From: Eledone cirrhosa
Lineage: Eukaryota
Direction of reading: 5' to 3'
Length of the DNA: 64,000 nt
Assembly (NCBI GenBank): GCA_964016885.1
Contig: OZ024740.1
Coordinates: 310,992,001 to 311,056,000, forward strand
This document shows positions 1-13,447 of this stretch, piece by piece; positions within the stretch are counted from its first letter, which is position 1, and every line of letters begins with the position of its first letter. Position numbers and translations under genes: made by a program. The notes below the pieces were generated by a model that was given only the letters and a program-made list of their open reading frames with translations, was not told where the DNA came from and searched no databases.

Positions 1-2028
1 GCGCCATTCCAGACAGATCCATCCACGACAACCTCCACCTCATGCGATACATCGTGGAGAGGGTAGCTAGGGAACATGGCACGGGTGGGTCCTTGATCAA
101 TTTAGATCAGTCGAAAGCTTTCGATAGGGTCGACCATCGTTATTTGGCGGCAGTCCTGAGGGCGACTGGCTTTGGGCCCGTCGTCAGAGGCTGGATTGCT
201 GCCATGCACAGCGACATCTGCTCTGTGGTGAGAGTGAACGGTCACCTTTCGGAACCGTTCAACATCATGCACTCGGTCCGCCAAGGATGTCCCCTCTCGT
301 CCCTCTTGTACGTATTGACTCTCGAGCCATTACTGCACAAACTGGAGACGTTGAGGGGAGGGGGGGCGTCTCGCGCGAACTAGGATGCGGAAGATCCGTG
401 TCAGCAGAAGCGGACGATATCACCGTAGTGGTGTCGAACGCCAAACACATCGAGGCGGTCGGCACTACACTAAGAGAATACGAAGCGGTGAGAGGAGCAA
501 TGGTCAACCAGAAAAGGTCGGTGGGTCTGCAGCTCGGCACCTGGAGAGGCAGGTCCATGCCGTCCAACAGCGTCGTCGGGCGCTGGACAGACGGGCTGGT
601 TAAATTGCTAGGGGTCTGGTTCAGTCCAGACCACCAGACGGACAAAATCTGGGACGAGGTGACGAGCAGGGTGGCTTATGTCACCCAGAAATGGGCGGAG
701 AGGAAGCTATTCCTGAAAGGTCGAGCGGAGGTGGCTAACATGTACATCGCGTCCGTCATCTACTACCGCCTGACCGTCGTGCCTTGTCCTAAGCCTTGCC
801 TGACTGCACTGGAGCGTTTGCTCTTTCGCTTTATGTGGAAGGGACGCGCTCCGATGGTCAGGCGGTCCATCCGCTGTCAACACCCGCTACGTGATGGGCT
901 GGGCATGCCGTGGTTGATGATGCGCAGACACGCGCTCAGGCTATGACATCTCCACCTCTTCCTCGACGGTGATCAGGTGTGGTCGCATTTTGCTAGACGC
1001 GTCTTTCCCCAGCTCGTCTCCTTGACGGAGCTGAAGTCCTGGGTCAAGCGAAGACCGAGAGGGAGCGCTTGGAGACTGGAATGTCTTCAGGCGCTCACAG
1101 CCCTCGACCAATCGGGCAATGTGATCGGTGGAAACTCCACCTTGGCGTTCTATAGAGGATTAGTGGAGAGGAAGAGCGACGACGTACTTGAGGAAACTCT
1201 AGGCGTCGACGAAAATCAACTAGCCAATCTCTTCGGGAGAACTTTCGGGCCGGGGCCTATGGACAACTTCCAGAAATCCCTGGCCTAGCAGTGCTACCGA
1301 GGAGCTTTGCCAGTTCGGGATTAACTCTACAGGCATGGAGCTGCCGTCAGCCGGGCAAGTGCGAGATGCCCGCAGGGCGACGAAACCGTCCTGCACGCAC
1401 TCGTCCAGTATCCGAGCATTGCTGACTTGTGGGTTTATGTCAAACAACTGCTGTCGCGTGTAGGACGGATCCGGCTATCAGCTGAGTCCATCGAGAGGAT
1501 TTCCCCCCTCTCCTCCTTTAGCCGGGAAGGGCAGGCAATTTGTATCTGTCTGGTGGCCATGGCGAAAGAGATAGTATGGTGGACACGTTTGAAAGGGCTG
1601 AAGACGAGCACTTACCTCTTCGGTGATGCCCTAATTAACTTTTTCAAATTTCATTTAAAAAGGAAAATCAGGGTAGAGAAGGAAGTGCTCTCTTCCCAGC
1701 ATTTTGTTGAAAGATGGGTGAGAGAGGCAAGAATGGCCCGTGTGAATGGGCCTACTCTGAGTATGTGCCTGTAAATTGAAGGTGGAAAACTGGGAGAGGG
1801 CACTTGGCCTGGGGGTCAGGGTTACTGTGGCTTTTTTTAATGGGCTTTCTCCACGAATGTCCTATTGGGGAATTTTTCATTGTTTCTTTTTTTGTTACAT
1901 CCTCTGATTCTTGTTTTTTTACACGCAGAAATGCCCATTTGTACCGTCCTGTATTGTCCTATACTGTCCTTAATGTCTACTTTGTGTAACCCTTGTGGTT
2001 AATAAAGAAAGCATTATTATTATTATTA
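1..2028 (+). mobile_element. Tx1/L1-clade non-LTR retrotransposon, 3' part (RT + C-terminal Zn-finger region), frameshifted
   Basis: ORF pieces 42-383 (LDQSKAFDRVDH, VRQGCPLS), 287-946 (ADDITV, KLLGVWF, GLGMP), 977-1288 and 1427-1774; stops and frameshifts; 3' end AATAAA followed by (ATT)n at about 2001-2028. Confidence 0.9.
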
Positions 2029-2052
2029 CCATATATATATGTATGTATATAT

Positions 2053-2084
<32 letters not shown>

Positions 2085-2085
<1 letters not shown>

Positions 2086-2245
2086 AGGAAAAAAGATGAA
2101 ATCGAAAATGCAACTGAAGTATTTTTTTTTTAATATTTTTTTTTTTTCAAAGACTCCAGTTGCATTTTTGATTTCATCTATTTTCCTTATACTTTCACTC
2201 GTGTAGGAGACCTCGTTTTTTTTTCATTTTGTAAAAGAAACTCAC

Positions 2246-2252
<7 letters not shown>
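2085..2252. repeat. Short (TA)n-flanked element with internal inverted repeat (family also at 18361-18714, about 23551-23700, 39380-39494)
   Basis: aaggaaaaaagatgaaatcgaaaatgcaactg and its reverse complement, then a shared tail tactttcactcgtgtagga...ctcactttctaa. Confidence 0.8.
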
Positions 2253-2321
<69 letters not shown>

Positions 2322-2326
<5 letters not shown>

Positions 2327-3110
2327 TTGCTAAGCTGTCTGAACGTAATGTTATTACTCTGGGGGTCTTTCCTCATCCGAGTGCTCAAGCTACAGACCGA
2401 TTATGCATATACGTTAGCTTGGCCGTATTCTAAAGCTTCGTCAATGCTGTACTAAAATTTATACTTACTCCTAGAATTAACGATTAACTGATTAATTTAA
2501 TTAGATGATTCTATTGATTGATTAATTGTTTAAGTTTGTTTGATAACTTCTGGTTGAGTGCTTTATTCGGTTTGTCTAATGGGATTCATTCCTTTATCTC
2601 AAATTAGAATTCACCACCTAAGCGGGGGTTACCTCCCTTGGAGTAAACCACGTGTCTGTGGCGACATTTAAAACTACAACATACCCGCTCAGGCTAAGAA
2701 CGAAAGACTTGCTGAAGAAGTAAATCCTATGTTCTGTCGTCAAAAACCATTATATTGCAGACTCCTGCAATAGGAATTTGTCGATCTTGGATTTGCAGAA
2801 ACTTAGCGCTGATGTTGGATGCGATATGTGATCTATATTGTTGATATACGATGTAAGTTATATATTTTGCACTCAGCCTCACCGCTATGTCTGGGTCAGT
2901 ATAAAATCTTTTCCTGTGTCCTGTATTTCCGTTGCTCTAGTGATGCGGCTGAACTGCCGACGGCTATATCTGATTTGCTAAGCTGTCTGAACGTAATGTT
3001 ATTACTCTGGGGTCTTTCCTCATCCGAGTGCTCAAGCTACAGACCGATTATGCATATACGCTAGCTTGGCCGTATTCTAAAGCTTCGTTAATGCTGTACT
3101 AAAATTTATA
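2322..3110. repeat. (TA)n-flanked element with about 140 bp direct terminal repeats (2322-2463, 2971-3110), pLTR-like
   Basis: tgatttgctaagctgtctgaacg...gtactaaaatttata present twice, about 648 bp apart. Confidence 0.8.
2689..2812 (+). ncRNA. Candidate degenerate type III hammerhead
   Basis: tcaggctaag-AA-cga/ttg-CTGAAGA-gtaaatcc...ggatttgc-GAAA-cttagc(g)ctga; U16.1 appears replaced by A. Confidence 0.35.
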
Positions 3111-3303
3111 TATATATATATAGTAATAATACCATAAACGTGGTTCTGTCTTTGCGTGTAATTGTTTTTCACCGCTCCAAATAATGACGTATTATATTCG
3201 TTTTTTCCCGTTCTTTGCCAGGTAACGTTTCCACGAACCAAAGTATCATCTTCCTGTCTTCCTCCGGTTGCAAAGTTTTTGGGAAATATTCACTTCTGCG
3301 TTT

Positions 3304-3379
3304 ACAGATTGACTTTGTCAGTTTCAGAAGATCCCGTTAAGGGTGAAAGCAGCGATTCTTTGCTTAAACTTTAATCTGT
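3304..3379 (+). ncRNA. Type I hammerhead-like motif with CAGAAGA core
   Basis: stem I agttt/aaact extended by acagattga/ttaatctgt; CAGAAGA; stem II ccc-gttaa-ggg; GAAA; stem III gca/tgc; UU. Confidence 0.55.
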
Positions 3380-3386
3380 TATTTTA

Positions 3387-3431
<45 letters not shown>

Positions 3432-3485
3432 TAAAAAAATAATGAATAAAACAATGAAACAGTTCCTTATATTAAACAAAAAAAG

Positions 3486-3638
3486 TTCATTATTTAACGA
3501 TCGTTTCTAGGACATATATGTATTAGAATTGGCATGCATATTCAACAGATCTATGTACAAAATTATACAAAATTATACAAACTATCAAATTTAATATACA
3601 TACCAACACATATATATGCCGTCTTCAGAAATAATGAA
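3486..3638 (-). ncRNA. Type I hammerhead ribozyme, long stem II
   Basis: On the - strand: ttcattattt-CTGAAGA-(about 114 nt)-GAAA-CGATCG-TT-aaataatgaa; 10 bp stem I, palindromic stem III. Confidence 0.8.
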
Positions 3639-4299
3639 ATATATTTATTGATAATAACAACAATTCAAAATTACAGGTCTGTTTGGGAACAGAGTTCAAA
3701 TTGACCAATGAAATACACAGAAATATATCCAGAAAATACAGTTAGGTGTGTGTATATATGTAAGTAACTTCGTTCACAGATATGCATAAAAATATGTTCA
3801 CATGCATACGCATGTCGAAAAAATGTATGTAAATACAAAAATTCAGGGCTAATGTCTCTGTATGTTTATAATCTACAGATAAAATACATATACGTATATA
3901 AACATATATACATTCATATATACACACATAAACATACATTCACACACACACGCGCATATACGCATAAACATACACATAACCACGAACATACACACACACA
4001 CATGTTAAAACTAAAGATTCTATTTGCTCATATATAGGAGCTACTTCTAACAACTTTAAGGTAAGGTTTAATACCCACAAACATAGTTTTAAAAATGCCG
4101 CACTAGCTAATACAACATCTCTAGCAGAAAAAATCAATAGTTATAAAAATAAGAATATAGAATATGATATGACCTGGAGTGTGCTCAAAAGAGCCACCCC
4201 TTATCAAAATAATAGAAATGAATGTAGATTATGTTCCCAAGAACTATTTGAAATAATGAAATCTAAGGATATCCTATTAAATAAGCGACAGGAATTAAT

Positions 4300-5350
<1,051 letters not shown>

Positions 5351-5489
5351 GCATAATTTTGCTTCTTTCTTACATTTCCTAATACTGAAACTACTATGTA
5401 AACACATATTATGATCTAGATGCAATTTAATGTTCTATGTTCCTTGAAACCTATATTTACTATAATCCCCTTGCCTCCCCCCCTATAAT

Positions 5490-5609
5490 TATTTGTATTT
5501 GTAAGCGTGGATGTACGTATGTATATGTAGGTAGGTATGTATGTTTGGGTGCTTGTATGTGAGTATAAAAATACATATGTGCGCATGTAAATAAGGGTGT
5601 ATGATTGTG

Positions 5610-5644
<35 letters not shown>

Positions 5645-5841
5645 ATATGTGTATATATGTGTGTGTGTATATGTATGTATATATATATGTCTATGTGTAT
5701 GTGTGTGTGTGTATATATATGCGTATGTGTGCGTGTATATGTGAGTATATATATATATATATATATTTGTAGTTGATGAGTGTATGTGTATATATATATA
5801 TATATATATGTTTGTGTGCATAATTGTCTGACTGTGTGTAT

Positions 5842-5872
<31 letters not shown>

Positions 5873-5893
5873 TTTTATATAAATGTATATGAG

Positions 5894-5962
<69 letters not shown>

Positions 5963-6009
5963 GTGTATGTATATGTGTGTGTGTATATATATTTATGTGT
6001 GTATATATA

Positions 6010-6050
<41 letters not shown>

Positions 6051-6238
6051 GTGTGTATATATATCTATATATATATATATATGTATATGTGTGTATGTAT
6101 ATCTCTTTATTTATGTATGTCTGAGTTGTGTGAGCGTGTAGTTGTATGTGTATATGCATACATGGATGTGTGTGTGTGTGTATATATATGCGTATATGTA
6201 TGTGTATGTGTGTGTGTGTATATATATGTGTATGTATG

Positions 6239-6297
<59 letters not shown>

Positions 6298-6374
6298 GAG
6301 TGTGTGTATATGTGTGTGTGTATGTGTGTGTGTATATATATATATGGGTATGTATGTGTATATGTGTATGTACA

Positions 6375-6405
<31 letters not shown>

Positions 6406-6620
6406 GTTTGTGTTGTGAATATGTATATATATATATATGTGTGTATGTATATGTGTCTATGTATTTATATGTGTATATGTATGTGTCTCTATATATATGT
6501 GTGTGTATATATATGTATATATATATGTGTATATATATATATATATGTGTGTATGTATATGTGTATATATATATATATATATCGATGTGTATTTTATATT
6601 TTACTTGTTTATATATATAT
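5490..6620. repeat. Compound (TA)n/(TG)n microsatellite
   Basis: Direct reading; source of the YI/CV-rich spurious ORFs. Confidence 0.95.
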
Positions 6621-7199
6621 ATTTTTTTAATATTCTTCTTTTTATTTCTAAATTTATAGATACATTTTTAAATAGGCAGTTTGTCTGACACCCGTAAATA
6701 CTGACCCCCCCCCCCCCCCCCCCCCACCTACTTTCTGTATCTGGATCTAAATATATGTGGCAGTGCTTATGTGCGCGCCTTAATGTCCATATGCTTATGA
6801 TAATAATATATACACATATATGTGTGTGTGTGGGGGGGGGGGGTGTATGTTCGTGGTTATGTGTATGTTTATGCGTATATGCGCGTGTGTGTGTGAATGT
6901 ATGTTTATGTGTGTATATATGAATGTATATATGTTTATATACGTATATGTATTTTATCTGTAGATTATAAACATACAGAGACATTAGCCCTGAATTTTTG
7001 TATTTACATACATTTTTTCGACATGCGTATGCATGTGAATATATATTTTTATGCATATCTGTGAACGAAGTTACTTACATATATACACACACCTAACTGT
7101 ATTTTCTGGATATATTTCTGTGTATTTCATTGGTCAATTTGAACTCTGTTCCCAAACAGACCTGTAATTTTGAATTGTTGTTATTATCAATAAATATAT

Positions 7200-7352
7200 T
7201 TCATTATTTCTGAAGACGGCATATATATGTGTTGGTATGTATATTAAATTTGATAGTTTGTATAATTTTGTATAATTTTGTACATAGATCTGTTGAATAT
7301 GCATGCCAATTCTAACACATATATGTCCTAGAAACACTCGTTAAATAATGAA
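7200..7352 (+). ncRNA. Type I hammerhead ribozyme (partner of 3486-3638)
   Basis: ttcattattt(7200-09) CTGAAGA(7210-16) ... GAAA(7331-34) CACTCG TT aaataatgaa(7343-52); stem III palindrome mutated. Confidence 0.7.
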
Positions 7353-7546
7353 CTTTTTTTGTTTAATATAAGGAACTGTTTCATTGTTTTATTCATTATT
7401 TTTTTAATATTTTATCTTGACTCTGTATTCCGTTTATCTTTCACCGAAAGTGATTTTTGAATGCATCTCTTCTTTCCATGATATCCGGATTACATTGAGT
7501 TCTTCATACGGATTGGACACTACCGTAAACTCTTGGTAGATTTATC

Positions 7547-7608
<62 letters not shown>

Positions 7609-7913
7609 TAGGTTCTATTCTCAATGAAATAATTATTAATATAAATTCGTATTGTGGTTAAAGTGGGTTTGAAAACAATCTTCAAGTGTCTGTTTTAAAG
7701 CACTAGAGTAGAAGAGTAACAACAATTTTATCGCTAATTCTATTTTGAGTAGCTGGAAGTAAAACCAATACTATGTCTCACACATTTTAATGAACTTGTT
7801 ATAATTACACACACACAGACACTCATGTATATAATGTGTGTGTATATATATATGTATATATGTATAGTTTTGTTTAGACGTTTACTATATACATCTATGT
7901 ACTTAGCTCCATC

Positions 7914-7976
<63 letters not shown>

Positions 7977-8267
7977 AATCCTGGTATGTGTATATGCATT
8001 TTTTTTTCTAACTTTAATTTTATACCTAATTGTGTATGGTTGACGGTATATTTAAGCGATTTCCACGTGCTATTGAAATGTTGGGTAAATATTCTATAGC
8101 GGTTGATCGCGAATAGATTGCTGTCGTTTGTTTATCCACTATTTCTTCATAGGTGCCTTTTAATCTTATATCCTGGTTTAATTGGTTTTTTGTGTGGTTG
8201 ATTATGCTAATTGGGAGAGTAAATGGTGTATATATATTATCACATGATTCTATGGACATACTTTATA

Positions 8268-8329
<62 letters not shown>

Positions 8330-8448
8330 CGAAGTGGTAGGGTCGGAAAGTGCTCTACTACGGGAATAGGAGCTAGATAAAAATTTTCATTTAGTCCAGA
8401 ATTACCCGTCGAAACGGCTTGAGCTTAGCCGTCGGGGTCCTACTCGTT

Positions 8449-8503
<55 letters not shown>

Positions 8504-8547
8504 AAGTTAAATAAAAGTCAAATGATTAAAATTTAGCTTCGTTTATT

Positions 8548-8602
8548 ACTGCTATATATATTTCAGTGACAGCCATCTTTGGCTGTGACCTCTTCAGGCA
8601 GT
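8548..8602 (-). ncRNA. Minimal type I hammerhead ribozyme
   Basis: Reverse complement of 8825-8879. Confidence 0.85.
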
Positions 8603-8824
8603 TTGAATTAGTATGGTATAGACAAGTACATATGTTGTTTAGGTGTATAATATTGTCAATACTCTGATATGCCCAGTTCCTTGTTGGGTTGTTAATTCAC
8701 TGAGGAATTATGACTCCAGTTCCTCAGTGAATTAACAACCCAACAAGGAACTGGGCATATCAGAGTATTGACAATATTATACACCTAAACAACATATGTA
8801 CTTGTCTATACCATACTAATTCAA

Positions 8825-8879
8825 ACTGCCTGAAGAGGTCACAGCCAAAGATGGCTGTCACTGAAATATATATAGCAGT
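8825..8879 (+). ncRNA. Minimal type I hammerhead ribozyme
   Basis: actgc CTGAAGA ggtcacagcc-aaagat-ggctgtcact GAAA TATATA TA gcagt. Confidence 0.9.
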
Positions 8880-9020
8880 AATAAACGAAGCTAAATTTTA
8901 ATCATTTGACTTTTATTTAACTTTATTTTACACTACTCCGGAGTAACCAAACCAACCTGCGCACTTCTTCGAGTGCTCCAGCCTGCATACTGAGGTGTTG
9001 GTATACAACCAACATAAACT

Positions 9021-9057
<37 letters not shown>

Positions 9058-9083
9058 GTATATATATATATGTATATATATAT

Positions 9084-9799
9084 ATAGAAAGATTTGAATG
9101 GATACAGTTTAGTTGAAAGGAATTTATTGACACGTGTTTCTATAACAGTTACATAACCTGAAAACAGCTGCTATCTACAAAGTATTATGCAGACAATCAA
9201 TATTTCAATGTTATTATTTACTGTCATTTCATCAGAATAATATTACTGAGGACCTGTTTGGTTTTTATAGAGAATATTAGGAGAGAGGGGTGAAGTTGTT
9301 AGACGAATAGTTGAGGGAGTGGTTTTTTGATAGCAGTGAGAATTTTTGGTGGCAGTGAGTAATTAGATTCCCATCTGTTGTTTTGACATTTTTATAGAAT
9401 ATATTATTATTATTGGTTATTTTTCTAAATCTATAGAGGGATTAGAGATAGTAAAGATATGCGTGGTTGGGTTTGTGTTTGCACTTAATTAACATTCAGA
9501 CTTAAATTTTTTCTTTCCAGTGTACGTATCCTTTCACCCACGCATTCTCACACAAACATATTTGCACCCCTCTACAAAATACATATACTCACATTCACAT
9601 AGTAACATGTTCATACTTACATACATATACACATGCATACATATATATATACACACACATGTATTCATGTACATACATACGCGTTCATGTGTGTACATTT
9701 TCATACTCAACTTATCTTTATATACACACGTATAGACACACACATATATACATACATACTCTAGTCCATGTGTACATATATACATATACATATACATCC
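9084..9799 (-). repeat. Inverted 716 bp copy of the pLTR at 13690-14405
   Basis: Near-identical reverse complement; mirrored ORFs 9534-9797 and 13650-13955. Confidence 0.9.
9124..9240 (-). ncRNA. Type I hammerhead ribozyme
   Basis: Reverse complement of 14249-14365. Confidence 0.75.
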
Positions 9800-9881
<82 letters not shown>

Positions 9882-9886
<5 letters not shown>

Positions 9887-10075
9887 AGTAAGTAAGAGCC
9901 CGACGGCTGAGCTCAAGCCGTTTCGACGGCTAATTCCGTACAGAATTAGCCGTCGAAACGGCTTGAGCTCAGCCGTCGGGGTCTTACTTACTCCTATTAC
10001 CCACTCTACTACCCTAAGTATTGAGTACTTTGGTGCGTTATGGTCCACCTGGTTCCTTACCACTTTTCCCTCGCT
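9882..10075. repeat. Hairpin element (55 bp arms 9882-9936 / 9943-9997) with the 3' half of a hammerhead; relatives at about 8330-8452, 27937-27975 and 50200-50278
   Basis: gccgtc GAAA cggc-ttgagctca-gccg TC ggggtc; no CTGANGA present. Confidence 0.7.
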
Positions 10076-10330
10076 ATATATATATATATATATATATTAA
10101 TAAGGTAATGAATTCTTTTACAATGGAATCAGCTCGAAGGAGGTAAAATACCCCCTGAGCAGTGTATAAATTAATATGTATGTGATAAAACACAGATACC
10201 AACACATCTGTATATATATTGCAAAAAAAAATTTAGCCAGATTGAAGTATACTAATTATTATACTACAGTTTGTCCATATTGATTTAAAATAATAAATCA
10301 ACGAAGACGAACTGTATGCCAAGAGGCCGT

Positions 10331-10458
10331 GATGTTTAGACACATTTAAATTTCAAAATCAAACCTGTTCCGTAGATAAGTTTAGACTTTAAGATCCAAA
10401 TATGTTTCGAGTTAAATAAGTGTAGGAATATCATGTCCTGCCCTCCTCAGTAAACATC
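10331..10458 (-). ncRNA. Type I hammerhead, extended stem III
   Basis: Reverse complement of 10963-11090. Confidence 0.75.
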
Positions 10459-10962
10459 CAGAGACAAATTGATATGCTTCACTTCTAAATAATTTAAAAG
10501 ACTGCGTGACGCACAAGGCTTAACAGTATCTAACTAGTATCATAACCGTACTGCTAGAAATAACAGTCGTATATATGAGGCGGCTTGCAGCTCAAACTAG
10601 GAGCAGTTAAAATTAATAAGGTAATGAATTCTTTTACAATGGAATCAGCTCGAAGGAGGAAAAATACCCCTGAGCAGTGTATAAATTAATATGTATGTGA
10701 TGAAACACAGATACCAACACATCTGTATATATATTGCAAAAGAAAAATTTAGCCAGATTGAAGTATACTAATTATTATACTACAGTTTGTCCATATCGAT
10801 TTAAAATAATAAATCAACGAAGACGAACTGTATGCCAAGAGGCCGTGATGTTTAGACACATTTAAATTTCAAAATCAAACCTGTTCCGTAGATAAGTTTA
10901 GACTTTAAGATCCAAATATGTTTCGAGTTAAATAAGTGTAGGAATATCATGTCCTGTCTCTG

Positions 10963-11090
10963 GATGTTTACTGAGGAGGGCAGGACATGATATTCCTACA
11001 CTTATTTAACTCGAAACATATTTGGATCTTAAAGTCTAAACTTATCTACGGAACAGGTTTGATTTTGAAATTTAAATGTGTCTAAACATC
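10963..11090 (+). ncRNA. Type I hammerhead, extended stem III
   Basis: gatgttta CTGAGGA ggg...ctc GAAA catattt...aaatgtg TC taaacatc; 8 bp stem I, GUC site at 11082. Confidence 0.8.
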
Positions 11091-11481
11091 ACGGCCTCTT
11101 GGCATACAGTTCGTCTTCGTTAATTTATTATTTTAAATCGATATGGACAAACTGTAGTATAATAATTAGTATACTTCAATCTGGCTAAATTTTTCTTTTG
11201 CAATATATATATACAGATGTGTTGGTATCTGTGTTTCATCACATACATATTAATTTATACACTGCTAAGGGGGTATTTTTCCTCCTTCGAGCTGATTCCA
11301 TTGTAAAAGAATTCATTACCTTATTAATGTTAACTGCTCCTAGTTTGAGCTGCAAGCCGCCTCATATATACGACTGTTATTTCTAGCAGTACGGTTATGA
11401 GACTAGTTAGATACTGTTAAGCCATGTGCGTCACGCAGTCTTTTAAATTATTTAGAAGTGAAGCATATCAATTTGTCTCTG

Positions 11482-11609
11482 GATGTTTACTGAGGAGGGC
11501 AGGACATGATATTCCTACACTTATTTAACTCGAAACATATTTGGATCTTAAAGTCTAAACTTATCTACGGAACAGGTTTGATTTTGAAATTTAAATGTGT
11601 CTAAACATC
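11482..11609 (+). ncRNA. Type I hammerhead, second + unit
   Basis: Same motif, GUC site at 11601. Confidence 0.8.
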
Positions 11610-11997
11610 ACGGCCTCTTGGCATACAGTTCGTCTTCGTTGATTTATTATTTTAAATCGATATGGACAAACTGTAGTATAATAATTAGTATACTTCAATC
11701 TGGCTAAATTTTTCTTTTGCAATATATATACAGATGTGTTGGTATCTGTGTTTCATCACATACATATTAATTTATACACTGCTCAGGGGTATTTTTCCTC
11801 CTTCGAGCTGATTCCATTGTAAAAGAATTCATTACCTTATTAATTTTAACTGCTCCTAGTTTGAGCTGCAAGCCGCCTCATATATACGACTGTTATTTCT
11901 AGCAGTACGGTTATGAGACTAGTTAGATACTGTTAAGCCATGTGCGTCACGCAGTCTTTTAAATTATTTAGAAGTGAAGCATATCAATTTGTCTCTG

Positions 11998-12125
11998 GAT
12001 GTTTACTGAGGAGGGCAGGACATGATATTCCTACACTTATTTAACTCGAAACATATTTGGATCTTAAAGTCTAAACTTATCTACGGAACAGGTTTGATTT
12101 TGAAATTTAAATGTGTCTAAACATC
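11998..12125 (+). ncRNA. Type I hammerhead, third + unit
   Basis: Same motif, GUC site at 12117. Confidence 0.8.
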
Positions 12126-12226
12126 ACGGCCTCTTGGCATACAGTTCGTCTTCGTTGATTTATTATTTTAAATCGATATGGACAAACTGTAGTATAATAA
12201 TTAGTATACTTCAATCTGGCTAAATT

Positions 12227-13062
12227 ACTCTCTGGAGTAGTATTGCGGACGAACTTATGTGTGGTTTATTTATGTTCTGTAGTGTATTGTCTACTGTTTT
12301 TTTTGTGTTCTTTGTACTTAAGTTTTTAGTGTTTTCGTTTAACCTTCTAGTATTGATCTTTTTTATGTGTTGTTCAAGGTTTAACGCTGTAGAGTATGAC
12401 AGTCTTATAGTGGTAGGGTTTAGGATTTTGTGGTATTTGTGTGATGTAGGAAAATGTCTCTTAATTATTTTAAAGAAGAGTACTGGTAAATTTGTACTAA
12501 TGGAACTATTGTATTCGGGGTTATACCATAAGTACTCTTTGCATCGCTTTCTATTAGTTTTGTTTGTTGGTTTACTGGTGTGCATACTATGGTAGTAAGT
12601 GTGGTTTGGTGTTGTGTTATTATATCTACCTATGTGGGATTTATTTTGGGTGTTTTGATTGTTCCCATCTATATACTCTATTTTGTTGAGGTGGCCTGCT
12701 TTACTAAGGGCGTTATCGTAGTATTCGGCGTGTTCCTTAAATACTTGTATGTTAAAAGATAGACCCGAGATTCTAAGGGAAGTATTTTTAGGGATAGATG
12801 TAATTATAGAGATGGGGTGGTTAGACCCAACATTTACGTATTTGAGATTTTCATTCAATTTATGAAACGGTTTAATCAGACCAGAGTTTAAATTGAGTGT
12901 GACATCCAGGAAGTTAACTACTTTAAGGTTGTATTCATATGTTATAGTTAGTCCTATTTCGAGTAGTAATTTTCTCATATCTTTGCGTAGTTTTTCTAGT
13001 TTTTGGTTATTTAGGTTTTTAACTAGGAGGAGAACATCGTCGCGGTATATTCCGCCGTGGAG
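12227..13062 (-). pseudogene. PLE reverse transcriptase fragment (Naiad-like)
   Basis: HGGIYRDDVLLLV at about 13060-13021, then ORF 12220-12978 with VNFLDVTLNL, YVNVGSNHP, WYNPEYN, HFP, IRLSYS. Confidence 0.85.
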
Positions 13063-13080
13063 ATTGCTGAATAACAGAAA

Positions 13081-13167
13081 TTGCTGAATAACAGAATTGA
13101 ACGAACATTATTTTGCCGTCACCGAACTAAAACCCTTTTTTCCCACTACAAGCCGAATATTACATAA
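13081..13167 (+). pseudogene. PLE ORF C-terminus, opposite strand to the adjacent RT piece
   Basis: LLNNRIERTLFCRHRTKTLFSHYKPNIT*, homologous to [26 protein letters not shown] ending at 4354. Confidence 0.7.
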
Positions 13168-13447
13168 AAGAGGGACATCCCCCCAACTATATAAACCTCA
13201 ATCTAGTTAGAAAAATATAAAAACAATTTCTTGTCAACATATATATGTATATTAATAACCTCAAATTATCACACTAATAATGAATGGAAAGATATGCTGA
13301 TGAGAATAGGTGCAAAAATGCGATAATGAATGTGTCTAAAAGCGACCATAAGTATGTATATATATGTGAAAATGTATATAAATAAGTAAATATATATATA
13401 TGTTTGATGTGTATAGTTAGATGTAAGTGTATTCATGTATTAAAGTG

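Larger units (their letters stand above)
8497..9025. mobile_element. Palindromic HHR-bearing pLTR pair in (TA)n
   Basis: Arms 8497-8707 / 8720-8930, 12 nt spacer; right arm runs about 95 bp further before (TA)n. Confidence 0.85.
10096..12226. repeat. Tandem and inverted array of 516-519 bp HHR-containing units
   Basis: About 1.7 units in one orientation (starts 10096, 10612), strand switch at about 10955, then about 2.5 units (CTGAGGA at 10971, 11490, 12006). Confidence 0.95.

Noticed and set aside
8497-8930. Palindromes as pure sequencing fold-back artefacts
   Set aside because: Not excluded for apparently identical arms such as this one, but others show arm mismatches, kb-scale nested spacers and consistent HHR polarity, which artefacts would not produce
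10096-12226. CRISPR-like or simple satellite interpretation of the array
   Set aside because: No short repeat/unique spacer structure; long identical units, each containing a hammerhead
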